A program made the translations under genes and the position numbers. Positions 28,919 to 39,014 of a DNA stretch of 64,000 nucleotides are shown in pieces. Source of the DNA: an uncultured Eubacteriales bacterium. Lineage in GTDB: Bacteria; Bacillota; Peptococcia; Peptococcales; SKKY01. The first letter of the stretch is position 1. Every line of letters begins with the position of its first letter. Under the pieces are notes generated by a model. The model was not told the origin of the DNA. It saw nothing but the letters and a program-made list of their open reading frames with translations, and ran no database searches. The stretch is taken from positions 18,446 to 82,445 of the forward strand of contig CAZNNQ010000001.1 in the NCBI GenBank assembly GCA_964574445.1, in the 5' to 3' direction.

Positions 28919-30101
28919 ATTGCAAAAATTTCTTCATTACTCTTCCTAATCTGCTTAGACCCTCGTCCAACTTTTCCATTGTCATGTTTGAGAAATTCAG
29001 TCTTATAGTATTTTCCATCTTCTTATTTGGGAAAAAAGATCCCCCTGGAACAAAAGCCACGCTTTCTTCTAGGGCTAATTTAAGAAGTTCTTTCGCACTT
29101 TTATCCTCTGGTAAAATTAACCAAAAGAACAACCCACCTTTAGGTATATTATATCTTACTTCCTTTGGAAATTCTTCTCTCATCTTTTTTATAACAAAAT
29201 CTCTTTTTTCTTTATAACTTCCTAAAATTCTCTTTATATGAACATCTATATCGAAATCTTCAAGATATTGATCTATATATCGTTGACTTACTGAAGAAGA
29301 GCTTAAATCAACACCAGGTTTTAGTGCTAAATATTTTGAAATTATTTCTTGTGACCCTGCAAGCCACGCAACTCTGAAACCAGGGCAGAAAATTTTTGAG
29401 AAAGATCCAAGATAAATAACCTTTTTACTATCATCTAAAGAAAAGAGAGATGGTTCTGGTTCTCCTTCAAATCTTACCTCTGAATATGCTCCGTCTTCAA
29501 TTATTGGGATGCTGTAATCTTTTAATGCTTCTAAGAATTTAATTCTTCTTTCTTTACTCCAGCACCTGCTTGTGGGGTTTTGAAAATCAGGAATTACATA
29601 AATCATTCTTACTCTGTCCTTATATTTAAGTAATTTTTCTGAAAGATCAGAAATAACCATACCTTCATCATCAGTATCAATTTCTACATACTCTGGATAA
29701 TATGAATTAAAGGCATTCATTGCTCCTAAATAAGAAGGTCTTTCACAAAAAATTACATCTTTTTCATCAAGAAAAACCATGCCAGACATATCTAACGCTT
29801 GTTGAGATCCACTTGTTATAAGAATATCTTCAGAATTAAGTTTTGTGTTCATCCTTTTATTCATTCTCAAAGCAATCTTTTCTCTCAACGGTTTATAACC
29901 ACTTGTCGAAGAATATTGTAGAGCACCTCTGTTAGCTTCGCAAAGAACTTTCACTGAGACTTTTTTCAACTCATCTAAAGGAAAAAGCTCCGGAGCTGGG
30001 AACCCCCCAGCAAAAGATATAACATCTGGTCTTTCAGCAAGCTGCATTAAATCAAGAAGCTCATTACTTTCAAATTTTTCCATTCTTTTTGCAAACTTCA
30101 T
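28917..30101 (-). CDS. PLP-dependent aminotransferase, class I/II (AspC/LysN-like)
   Basis: 394 aa; PLP-lysine context LGSFSKIFCPGFRVAW. Substrate is not assignable from the sequence alone. Confidence 0.8.
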   Translation of the reverse strand: MKFAKRMEKFESNELLDLMQLAERPDVISFAGGFPAPELFPLDELKKVSVKVLCEANRGALQYSSTSGYKPLREKIALRMNKRMNTKLNSEDILITSGSQQALDMSGMVFLDEKDVIFCERPSYLGAMNAFNSYYPEYVEIDTDDEGMVISDLSEKLLKYKDRVRMIYVIPDFQNPTSRCWSKERRIKFLEALKDYSIPIIEDGAYSEVRFEGEPEPSLFSLDDSKKVIYLGSFSKIFCPGFRVAWLAGSQEIISKYLALKPGVDLSSSSVSQRYIDQYLEDFDIDVHIKRILGSYKEKRDFVIKKMREEFPKEVRYNIPKGGLFFWLILPEDKSAKELLKLALEESVAFVPGGSFFPNKKMENTIRLNFSNMTMEKLDEGLSRLGRVMKKFLQ

Positions 30102-30125
30102 CTTTCCACCTAATTTCTAATTTTT

Positions 30126-30815
30126 TTATATTTTAACCGATATGGTTTTATTCAAAGTTATATTTTCTGGTAGTACCACAGTATCGTAAGCAAAAATTTT
30201 TACACCTTTTTGTTTTGCTTCCTCAATTCCTTCTGCAAAGGCAGGATCAGTCTCCCAATGTGGCCTAAAACTTTCTGTATTTTCCATCTGTATAATAAAA
30301 ACAAGGTAATTTTCATATCCCTCATTTACTCCATGAATTAATTCTTTTAAATGTTTTTGACCTCTTAAAGTTGGTGCATCAGGAAACATTGTTTTATTAT
30401 CTTTTTCTAAAGTAACACCTTTTATTTCAATAAATCCCTTTTTATCATTTTGTTCATAATAAAAATCGAATCTTGAGTTATTATAAGTCTTTTCTCTAAG
30501 AAAAACATCTGGATTCTTTAAAAAAGGGACTTTATTATTTAATACTCCTTCTTCAAAAACATAATTTACAATTTGGGAGTCTACATTTATTAATCTATCT
30601 TCTTTGTAAACTGCTACTAAAGAATATTTGGTTTTTCGTTTTTCTCCATTTCCTTCTTCCAAAAATATTTGTGCACCTGGTAAAAAAATTTCTCTGCATC
30701 TTCCTGTGTTTCTTACATGAACAAGTTCTTTTTTGCCATAAATTTCCACTTCAGCTATAAACCTGTTTATTCTTTTTAAAAAAATACCTGGTACAATAGA
30801 ATTTTTATATTTCAT
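30126..30815 (-). CDS. sfsA: Sugar fermentation stimulation protein SfsA
   Basis: 229 aa; RINRFIAEVEI...VHVRNTGRC and C-terminal nuclease-like fold motifs typical of SfsA. Confidence 0.88.
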   Translation of the reverse strand: MKYKNSIVPGIFLKRINRFIAEVEIYGKKELVHVRNTGRCREIFLPGAQIFLEEGNGEKRKTKYSLVAVYKEDRLINVDSQIVNYVFEEGVLNNKVPFLKNPDVFLREKTYNNSRFDFYYEQNDKKGFIEIKGVTLEKDNKTMFPDAPTLRGQKHLKELIHGVNEGYENYLVFIIQMENTESFRPHWETDPAFAEGIEEAKQKGVKIFAYDTVVLPENITLNKTISVKI

Positions 30816-30824
30816 TATTACCCC

Positions 30825-32957
30825 TTAATTATTTTTCAGAAATTCACCCAATCTAGTGTTTCTTTTGGTTATTTCATTATTTTTTACTGCTAAAAAAATT
30901 GCTTTTTTTGTTCCAACTAAAATCATAATCTTTTTAGCCCTTGTTACACAGGTATACAAAAGATTACGCTGAAGCATCATATAGTGTTGTGTAGTTAAAG
31001 GTGCTATAACCACCTTGTATTCACTTCCCTGACTCTTGTGAACTGTAACAGCATATGCCAAGATTAATTCATCTAGATCAGCACTTTCATACACAGCTTC
31101 AGTATGGTCAAATCGAACATTTATAATTCTATCCTCAAAGTTTATGTTTGAAATTATTCCAATGTCTCCGTTAAAGACACCTTTATCATAATTGTTTTTT
31201 ATCTGCATAACTTTATCGCCGATATAATATGAATTTCCCCCTTGTTCTAAACCCTGAGTATTTTTATTTAAACTTTTCTGAAGAACACGATTTAAATTTT
31301 GAGCTCCAGTCTCTCCTCTTTGCATTGGAGCAAGCACCTGTATATCATTTATAGGATCGACCTTGTAATAACGGGGTAATCTTTTAGTACAAAGATCATT
31401 AATAACTTGAACAACTTTCTCTGGTTCCTCTTCTTGAATAAAGAAAAAATCGCTATCTCTTCCTGTCTTCAGATCCGGGAAAAGTCCTTTATTTATTCTA
31501 TGTGCATTTGTAATTATTGCACTATCTTGAGCCTGTCTAAAAATACGTTCAAGTTCTATAACTTTAATACGTTTGGAGTTAATAATGTCCTTCAAGACAT
31601 TTCCAGCCCCAACGGAAGGTAATTGATCAACATCTCCAACAAGTAAAACATTCATACTAACAGGAATTGCTTTTAATAAATTATGCATCAATAATAAATC
31701 AATCATAGAAGACTCATCAATAATAAGAATATCTCCCTTTAGAGGGTTCTCGGGATTTTTCTTATATCCCTCACCCGGCTTAAACTCCAAAAGTCTATGA
31801 ATGGTTTTCGCTTCCATTCTAGTAGTTTCCGATAATCTTTTTGCTGCTCTACCTGTGGGTGCAGCCAGAATTACCTCTGCTCCCATTTGTTGAAACACCT
31901 TTATTATTCCTAAAGTTGTGGTTGTTTTCCCTGTACCCGGCCCTCCAGTAAGAACCATAAATTTAGAAAATATCGCTTCTTCGATAGCTTTTTTTTGAAT
32001 AATATCGTAAGAAATATTTTCTTCTTCCTCAATTCTATTTATAATTCCAGTTATATCTATAGAAGAATAAATCCCTTGGGCATTACTAATTTCTTTAATT
32101 TTTTTTGACACAGCAATTTCGCTATACAGCATGGGTGGCAGATAAACACATCCATTATCCATTATCAAAGATTCATCTCTTATTGAAGTAAGCAGGTGAT
32201 CATTTATTACTTCTTCTTCAATATCAAGTAATTTTTCTGCTTCCTCTATCAGGTTCTCTTTGTTTAAAAAACAATGACCCGAGGTTGTTGCTTCATTGAG
32301 GATATAAAGAAATCCAGAACGACACCGTGAATATGAAAATGGTTCAAATCCCATGTTTTCAGCTATTTTATCAGCTGATTTGAACCCTATTCCCCATATA
32401 TCATCAGCTAGCCTATATGGATTTTCCTTAAGTATTTCGATACTTTTTTTCCCGTATCTTTTAAAGATTTTTACAGCAAAAGTAGTGGAAATTCCATGGG
32501 ATTGAAGAAAGATCATAACATTTTTAATCTCTCTCTGCTCCTCCCAGCCACTTTTAATCATTTCTATCCTTTTTTCACCGATTCCTTCAATTTCATTAAG
32601 TCGGTCTGGATTTTTTTCAATTACATCTATAGTAGATAATCCAAATTTATTAATTATTTTCTTTGCATATACAGGCCCGATGCCTTTAATCAGTCCACTA
32701 CCTAAATACTTTTCTATCCCAGTTAAAGTCGATGGCATAAGTTCTTTGTATGACTTTACAGAAAATTGTTTTCCAAATTTACTGTCTGTCTTCCATTCTC
32801 CCTTAAGCATTAATTGAGTCCCCGGATTTAAAGGAGTAAGTGTACCAACAACAGTTACAAGATCATCTTTATTTTCTGTTTTTAAACGAATTACAGTAAA
32901 TCCGTTTTCTGGATTACTATAAGTAATTCTCTCAACAATTCCTTTTAAATACTCCAT
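30825..32957 (-). CDS. recD2: RecD2-type SF1B ATP-dependent DNA helicase
   Basis: 710 aa; N-terminal OB/HhH region, Walker A GGPGTGKTT, DESSMID, GDVDQLPSVGAG, C-terminal VHKSQGSE and YTCVTRAK. Confidence 0.92.
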   Translation of the reverse strand: MEYLKGIVERITYSNPENGFTVIRLKTENKDDLVTVVGTLTPLNPGTQLMLKGEWKTDSKFGKQFSVKSYKELMPSTLTGIEKYLGSGLIKGIGPVYAKKIINKFGLSTIDVIEKNPDRLNEIEGIGEKRIEMIKSGWEEQREIKNVMIFLQSHGISTTFAVKIFKRYGKKSIEILKENPYRLADDIWGIGFKSADKIAENMGFEPFSYSRCRSGFLYILNEATTSGHCFLNKENLIEEAEKLLDIEEEVINDHLLTSIRDESLIMDNGCVYLPPMLYSEIAVSKKIKEISNAQGIYSSIDITGIINRIEEEENISYDIIQKKAIEEAIFSKFMVLTGGPGTGKTTTTLGIIKVFQQMGAEVILAAPTGRAAKRLSETTRMEAKTIHRLLEFKPGEGYKKNPENPLKGDILIIDESSMIDLLLMHNLLKAIPVSMNVLLVGDVDQLPSVGAGNVLKDIINSKRIKVIELERIFRQAQDSAIITNAHRINKGLFPDLKTGRDSDFFFIQEEEPEKVVQVINDLCTKRLPRYYKVDPINDIQVLAPMQRGETGAQNLNRVLQKSLNKNTQGLEQGGNSYYIGDKVMQIKNNYDKGVFNGDIGIISNINFEDRIINVRFDHTEAVYESADLDELILAYAVTVHKSQGSEYKVVIAPLTTQHYMMLQRNLLYTCVTRAKKIMILVGTKKAIFLAVKNNEITKRNTRLGEFLKNN

Positions 32958-33011
32958 AAGAATCTTCCCCGATACTGTAAATATCCTATTATTATATCAT
33001 AATAAATTTAT

Positions 33012-33042
33012 TTTAAAAAAAACCGGACTAAAAAGTCCGGTT
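33012..33042 (-). terminator. Rho-independent terminator after nifJ
   Basis: AAACCGGACT/AGTCCGGTTT 10-bp stem followed by T8 on the minus strand. Confidence 0.85.
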
Positions 33043-33069
33043 TAATTTTATTTACTTATATTTCTCTAT

Positions 33070-36000
33070 TTATTGTGTCATTTTTAAATATTTTTCATAC
33101 TTATCTTTTGCTGTTTCTTCAGCAACTTTAAACAGATCCTGTGCTAAATGAGGGAAGGTTTTAAATAAGGATGAATATCTTACTTCTCCCATTAAGAACT
33201 CGTTAAAGGATGCTGTTGGTTCTTTTGAATCAAGTACAAATGGATTTTTACCTTCTTCTTTAAGAAGTGGGTTAAATCTCCATAGATGCCAATATCCAGA
33301 TTCAACAGCTTGTTTCATTCTTTCCATACCTTTATCCATACCCGCTGAAATGCCATGATTTATACAAGTGGAGTATGCAATAATTAATGATGGTCCTGGA
33401 TAACTTTCAGCCTCTTTAATTGCTTTTATTGTTTGATTCATGTTTGCTCCCATAGCTATTTGAGCTACATAAACATTTCCATAAGTTGTTGCCATTAGTC
33501 CTAGATCTTTTTTGGCAGATTTTTTACCAGAAGCTGCAAATTTTGCGACTGCAGCTGCAGGAGTAGATTTAGAAGCCTGGCCACCCGTATTGGAATAAAC
33601 CTCGGTATCATAAACGAAAATATTAATATCTTCGCCACTGGCAATCACGTGATCAAGACCACCATAACCAATATCATATGCCCAACCATCTCCACCAAAT
33701 ACCCAGTGAGATTTTTTAGTTAAGAAATCTGATCTTTCTAATACTTCTTTAGCTAAAAGGCTGTCTTCTTTATTTAAAAGTTCAATTATTTTTGGAGTAA
33801 GTTCAGAAGTTTTATCTCCATTATCATAATTATCCAACCACTCTTTTGCTAAAGTTTTTAATTCTTCGGATATATCTTGCTTCAAAAGATCTTTGATTTT
33901 TATTTGGATACCTTCTCTGATTTTCTTATTCGCAAGAAGAATCCCTAAACCAAACTCTGCGTTATCTTCAAATAATGAGTTAGACCATGCTGGCCCTTGA
34001 CCAGAACTATTTGTGGTATATGGAGAACTTGGGTATGCTGCACCCCAAATTGAACTACAGCCTGTTGCATTGGCAATAAACATTCTTTCTCCATATAATT
34101 GAGTGATCAATTTAACATAAGGAGTTTCACCACAACCTGCACATGCTCCGGAGAACTCAACAAGAGGTTTACTTAATTGTGAACCTTTAATTGAATCTTT
34201 TTTCATTAAAGCATCTTTTATTGATACATTTTTAGTTGCATACTCCCAATTTGGAACTTCTTGTTCTGTTTGTGTATCAATTGGTTTCATTTGAAGAGCC
34301 TTGGTTGGAGCAGGACAAACTCTTACACAACTCATACAACCAGTACAATCTAAAGTACTAACTTGTATCTTAAATTCAAGTCCTTCAAGCTGCTTTCCAT
34401 TTGCTTTAATTGTTTTAAAGTTTTCTGGAGCGTTTTTCTTTTCCTCTTCATTTAACAAGAATGGTCTGATTGAGGCATGAGGACATACGAAAGAACATTG
34501 TCCACATTGAATACAATTTTCAGGAATCCATTCAGGAACGAATAGTGCGATGCTTCTCTTTTCATAAGCTGCTGTTCCTGGAGGAATTGTTCCATCTTCT
34601 CTTCCAGCGAAAGCACTTACTGGTAATTTGTCACCTTCAAGAGCATTTACTTTATCTGCAATATTCGTAACAAATTCTGGTCTTGTTGTTTTATCTTGTT
34701 CTTCATCTTCTCCAAGATTTGACCATTCTGCCGGCACATCTATTTTAATTAAATTTTCAATAGATTTATCTACAGCATTATGGTTCATTTCTACAACTTT
34801 TTCACCTTTATTACCATAACTCTTAACTATTGCATCTTTAAGGTAAGCTATTGATTCTTCAAGGGGAAGAACTTCAGCAAGATTGAAAAATACAGTTTGC
34901 ATAATCATGTTGATACGATTACCTAATCCAACTTTTTGAGCTATTTCTGCAGCATTAATTATATAAAACTGTGCTTTTTTATCAGCAAGAGCTTTTTTTA
35001 CTTTATTTGGTACTTTTTCTTCTATTTGTTCTTTTGACCATGTTGTATTAAGAACAAATACACCATTTTCAACTAGACCATCTAAAACATCATATTTAGC
35101 TAAATAAGAATGGTTATGACATCCAATATAATCAGCATTATTAATTAGATAAGATGACTTAATTGGTTCTTTACCAAATCTTAAGTGAGATACAGTAACA
35201 CCACCTGATTTTTTAGAATCATAAGAGAAATAACCTTGTGCATATAAGTTTGTATTGTCTCCAATAATCTTAATCGCGTCTTTATTGGCCCCTACTGTTC
35301 CATCAGAACCAAGACCCCAGAACTTGCATCTTTTTGTTCCTTTTGGTTCTGTATTAATATTATCTTTTACATCTAGGCTGGTATGTGTTACATCATCAAT
35401 AATACCAACTGTAAAAGAATTTTTTGGGTTTTCAGAAGCCAGGTTATCATAAACTGCCTTAACATCATCGGAGGTAAAGTCTTTAGATCCAAGACCATAG
35501 CGTCCACCAATAATTAGTGGGTTTTCTTCTCTATCATAAAACATAGATTTAATATCTTTGTATAGACCTTCACCTAAGGATACAGGATCTTTAGATCTGT
35601 CTAATACAGAAATTCTCTTAACAGTTTTTGGAAGAGCTTGGAAAAAATATTTTTCAGAAAATGGTCTGTATAAGTGAACTTTCAATAAGCCAACTTTATA
35701 ACCATTTCCATTTAAATAGTCAATAGTTTCTTCAATTACACTTGTTGAAGATCCCATTGAAATAATAATATTTTCCGCATCTGGTGCACCATAATATACA
35801 AAAGGAGCATATTTTCTGCCTGTTTTTTCAGATATTTTTTCCATATAATCATTTACTATGTCTGGTACATTTTCATAATATTTATTTGCAGCTTCTCTGC
35901 CTTGGAAAAATACATCTGGATTTTGGTTTGTTCCTCTTGTAACTGGATGTTCGGGATTTAAGGCTCTATCTCTAAATTCTTTAATAGCTTGATAGTCTAC

Positions 36001-36582
36001 TAGTTCTTTAAAAGTATCATATTCAATTTGTTCAATTTTTTGAATCTCATGGCTTGTTCGGAAACCGTCAAAGAAATTTAAGAATGGAACCCTTGATTTT
36101 ATGGCAGCCAAATGAGCTACACCAGAAAGGTCCATAACTTCTTGAACACTTCCTGAACCAAGCATTGCAAATCCTGTTTGATCAACAGCCATAATATCAG
36201 AATGATCACCAAAAATTGAAAGAGCGTGAGTCGCAAGGGCCCTTGCGCTTACATGAAAAACTCCAGGTAACAATTCTCCTGCGATTTTATACATATTTGG
36301 AATCATTAATAGTAAACCCTGTGATGCCGTGTAGGTTGATGTAAGTGCACCTGCAGATAAAGAACCATGAACAGCTCCTGCCGCACCTGCTTCTGATTGC
36401 ATTTCAACAACACTTACTGTTTGTCCAAAAATGTTTTTTTTCCCGTTAGCACTCCATTGATCGACATGTTCCGCCATATCTGAAGAAGGTGTAATAGGAT
36501 AAATAGCAGCCACCTCTGTAAAAGCATAGGATACATAGGCCGCTGCGGTATTTCCATCCATAGTTTTAAATTTTGAACTCAT
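33070..36582 (-). CDS. nifJ: Pyruvate:ferredoxin (flavodoxin) oxidoreductase, single-polypeptide PFOR
   Basis: 1170 aa; two ferredoxin CxxCxxCxxxCP motifs (CIQCGQCSFVCP, CTGCMSCVRVCP) and a C-terminal ThDP domain (GGDGWAYDIG). Confidence 0.97.
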   Translation of the reverse strand: MSSKFKTMDGNTAAAYVSYAFTEVAAIYPITPSSDMAEHVDQWSANGKKNIFGQTVSVVEMQSEAGAAGAVHGSLSAGALTSTYTASQGLLLMIPNMYKIAGELLPGVFHVSARALATHALSIFGDHSDIMAVDQTGFAMLGSGSVQEVMDLSGVAHLAAIKSRVPFLNFFDGFRTSHEIQKIEQIEYDTFKELVDYQAIKEFRDRALNPEHPVTRGTNQNPDVFFQGREAANKYYENVPDIVNDYMEKISEKTGRKYAPFVYYGAPDAENIIISMGSSTSVIEETIDYLNGNGYKVGLLKVHLYRPFSEKYFFQALPKTVKRISVLDRSKDPVSLGEGLYKDIKSMFYDREENPLIIGGRYGLGSKDFTSDDVKAVYDNLASENPKNSFTVGIIDDVTHTSLDVKDNINTEPKGTKRCKFWGLGSDGTVGANKDAIKIIGDNTNLYAQGYFSYDSKKSGGVTVSHLRFGKEPIKSSYLINNADYIGCHNHSYLAKYDVLDGLVENGVFVLNTTWSKEQIEEKVPNKVKKALADKKAQFYIINAAEIAQKVGLGNRINMIMQTVFFNLAEVLPLEESIAYLKDAIVKSYGNKGEKVVEMNHNAVDKSIENLIKIDVPAEWSNLGEDEEQDKTTRPEFVTNIADKVNALEGDKLPVSAFAGREDGTIPPGTAAYEKRSIALFVPEWIPENCIQCGQCSFVCPHASIRPFLLNEEEKKNAPENFKTIKANGKQLEGLEFKIQVSTLDCTGCMSCVRVCPAPTKALQMKPIDTQTEQEVPNWEYATKNVSIKDALMKKDSIKGSQLSKPLVEFSGACAGCGETPYVKLITQLYGERMFIANATGCSSIWGAAYPSSPYTTNSSGQGPAWSNSLFEDNAEFGLGILLANKKIREGIQIKIKDLLKQDISEELKTLAKEWLDNYDNGDKTSELTPKIIELLNKEDSLLAKEVLERSDFLTKKSHWVFGGDGWAYDIGYGGLDHVIASGEDINIFVYDTEVYSNTGGQASKSTPAAAVAKFAASGKKSAKKDLGLMATTYGNVYVAQIAMGANMNQTIKAIKEAESYPGPSLIIAYSTCINHGISAGMDKGMERMKQAVESGYWHLWRFNPLLKEEGKNPFVLDSKEPTASFNEFLMGEVRYSSLFKTFPHLAQDLFKVAEETAKDKYEKYLKMTQ

Positions 36583-36607
36583 TTAATCACTCCCTGATTT
36601 TATATTT

Positions 36608-37336
36608 TTAAACCAGCAAGATAAATTCATCAGACTTTCTATACTTAATGTGCCCCATATAAAGAGCTCTTCCAATTACTACAGCTTCAAATTCTTCATT
36701 TGAGGCTGAACTAAGAAATTCAACATCCAGTAGAGAAGAGATGCCGCCAGCAACTATAATTTTATAGCCGATCCGGTCTGCTAGTTTTATTGCTCCCTTT
36801 AACAATGATTTGTCTTTAGGTTCTTTTTTTGTTATATCAGTTACTATTGCCATTCTTAAACCTAAATCATATAATTCCTGAAGTTTTTCTTCAGAATTTA
36901 TATGTATTGGATTATTAAATCCCTCAACTGCGAATTCTCCATTTTTCAAATCAATACCAATAATTATTTTATTGAGATTAGCATGAAAAAGTGGATCATT
37001 TATAAGGCTTTTTCGGAAATTAGAAATATTAATAACAACATAGTTTGCTCCAGCTTCCAGGGCTCTGTTCAAGTCGTATGGAGTTGAAACTCCTCCTGAA
37101 TAATAGATGGAACATTTAACTTCTTCTTTTATTTCTTTAAGTACTTCTAGATTTTGAGGAGAGCTTTTAAACAAACCATCATAGTCGGTAAAATAAATTT
37201 CTTCAGCACCTTTGTTGATCCAGTATTTTGTAACTTCAACGGGATCGTGATCTCTGAATTTTTCTTTAATGTCTTGGTTAGGAACAAAAACAACAAATTC
37301 ACCACAGCGTACATCTACAGCTGGGATAATTTTCAT
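36608..37336 (-). CDS. HisA/HisF-family (beta/alpha)8-barrel protein, divergent paralogue
   Basis: 242 aa; MKIIPAVDV, SGGVSTPYDL, IDLKNGE, VAGGISS, VIGRALY match the HisA/HisF scaffold. The usual DI.RDGT.G segment is replaced by TDITKKEPKDKS. Confidence 0.7.
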   Translation of the reverse strand: MKIIPAVDVRCGEFVVFVPNQDIKEKFRDHDPVEVTKYWINKGAEEIYFTDYDGLFKSSPQNLEVLKEIKEEVKCSIYYSGGVSTPYDLNRALEAGANYVVINISNFRKSLINDPLFHANLNKIIIGIDLKNGEFAVEGFNNPIHINSEEKLQELYDLGLRMAIVTDITKKEPKDKSLLKGAIKLADRIGYKIIVAGGISSLLDVEFLSSASNEEFEAVVIGRALYMGHIKYRKSDEFILLV

Positions 37337-37337
37337 T

Positions 37338-37655
37338 TTATCTCTCCTCTGATAATTTATTAATTACTAATTTATAACCATCTGCGCCATAATTTAAACA
37401 TTTCTTAACTCTGCTGATAGTTGCTGTACTTGCTCCGCTCTCATCAGCAATTGAATTATAACTAAGGTTTTTATCCAACATTTCAGCAACCTGCAATCGT
37501 TGAGCAAGAGATTTAAGCTCTGCAATTGTACATAAATCTTCAAAAAAACGATAACATTCTTCTTCACTTTCAAGTTTTAAAATAGCCTCAAATAAACGGT
37601 CAATTTTGTGATCTTTTAACTTGCTTTCATATTTCTTTTTCCCTTTTACACTCAT
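37338..37655 (-). CDS. yerC: YerC/YecD-family TrpR-like DNA-binding protein
   Basis: 105 aa; LCT..E...LAQRL.VA.ML....SY..I....GASTATISRV motif. The stop is 1 nt from the hisA-like ATG. Confidence 0.85.
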   Translation of the reverse strand: MSVKGKKKYESKLKDHKIDRLFEAILKLESEEECYRFFEDLCTIAELKSLAQRLQVAEMLDKNLSYNSIADESGASTATISRVKKCLNYGADGYKLVINKLSEER

Positions 37656-37668
37656 ATTATATCAATCC

Positions 37669-37709
37669 TTAAAAAAAATAGTCTATCCTTAGTATCAATG
37701 ATAGACTAT
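37669..37709 (-). terminator. Rho-independent terminator at the end of the pur operon
   Basis: ATAGTCTATC/GATAGACTAT 10-bp stem followed by T8 on the minus strand, 20 nt after the purD stop. Confidence 0.8.
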
Positions 37710-37728
37710 TCTACACTTTAGTACAATA

Positions 37729-38999
37729 CTATATTAAAGCTTTTTTACCTATATCTTTTCTATAATGAGCTCCTTTAAAAGTTACCGATTCCACTCTTTT
37801 GTAGGCATTCATTATAGCTTCCTCTATTGTTGAACCTAGGGCTGTTACTCCCAGAACCCTTCCACCGCTGGTAAGGATTTTGTCCCCATCCTTCTTTGTA
37901 CCCGCATGAAAAATAAAGGAAATATTTTTAATATCAGAAGCTGGCTCAGTAAAAAATATCTCTCTGTCTTTTGCATATTTACCTGGATATCCCTCTGCAG
38001 ACATTACGATACATACTGAGGCTGAATTTTTCCACTCGATCCTTTGATTTTCTAGGGTCTCATCTACTACAGAAATCATAATATCAACAAGGTCACTTTC
38101 AAGTCTTGTAAGAACAACTTGGGTTTCTGGATCTCCAAAACGAGCATTAAATTCTAATACTTTAACTCCTTGAGGAGTAAGCATAAGTCCTGCATAAAGC
38201 ACTCCTTTGTAAAGTCTTCCCTCATTTTTCATCCCATCTACTACAGCTTTAAATACCTTCTCATTTACAAAAGATGCAATTTCTTCTGTATACATAGGAG
38301 CTGGTGAATATGCTCCCATTCCTCCAGTATTTAGCCCCTCATCGTTATCAAAAATTCTTTTATGATCCTGAGCTGAAACCATAGGAATAATAGTTGTACC
38401 ATCTGTAAAGGCTAAAACACTCACTTCTTGCCCTTCAAGATACTCTTCGATTAAAACTCTGTTTCCCGCTTCTCCAAAACTTTTCTCACCCATAATTTCA
38501 TCTAAAGCATTTTCAGCCATTTTTTTGTCATACAAACAAAAACACCTTTACCTTGAGCAAGGCCATCTGCCTTGATAACGCATGGAATACCAACCTCATC
38601 AAGGTACTTTTTTGCTTCCTCATATTCAGTAAATACTTGATACTTTGCCGTTGGCACGTCGTATTTTTCCATTATCATCTTTGAAAAAGCTTTGCTGCCT
38701 TCTATCTCTGCTGCTGAAGCTTTCGGTCCAAATGCCTTTATGCCATTTTTTTCAAGAATATCTACAAGACCAAGAGTAAGAGGCAATTCTGGGCCAATTA
38801 CTGCAAGATCTATATTTTTTTCATTACAAAAATCAACAATTTTATCTATTTCATCTACTTCAATAGAAATATTTTCAGCTACAAGCCCTGTTCCTGCATT
38901 TCCTGGGGCACAATATACTTTTGTAACTTTTTTACTTTGAGCAATTTTCCAACATAAGGTATGTTCTCTTCCGCCACTTCCAACTACTAAAATCTTCAA
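37729..38999 (-). pseudogene. purD: Phosphoribosylamine-glycine ligase, reading frame split at an A7 run (frameshift, sequencing error or recoding)
   Basis: ORF 38502-38999 is the PurD N-domain (MKILVVGSGGREH...GKGVFVCMTKK then WLKML*). ORF 37729-38535 continues in the -1 frame with ...MAENALDEIM...EEYLEG... to a normal PurD C-terminus. The junction is ACAAAAAAATGG (T-run 38520-38526 on the plus strand). Confidence 0.9.
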
Positions 39000-39014
39000 A
39001 GAATTATCCTCCTC

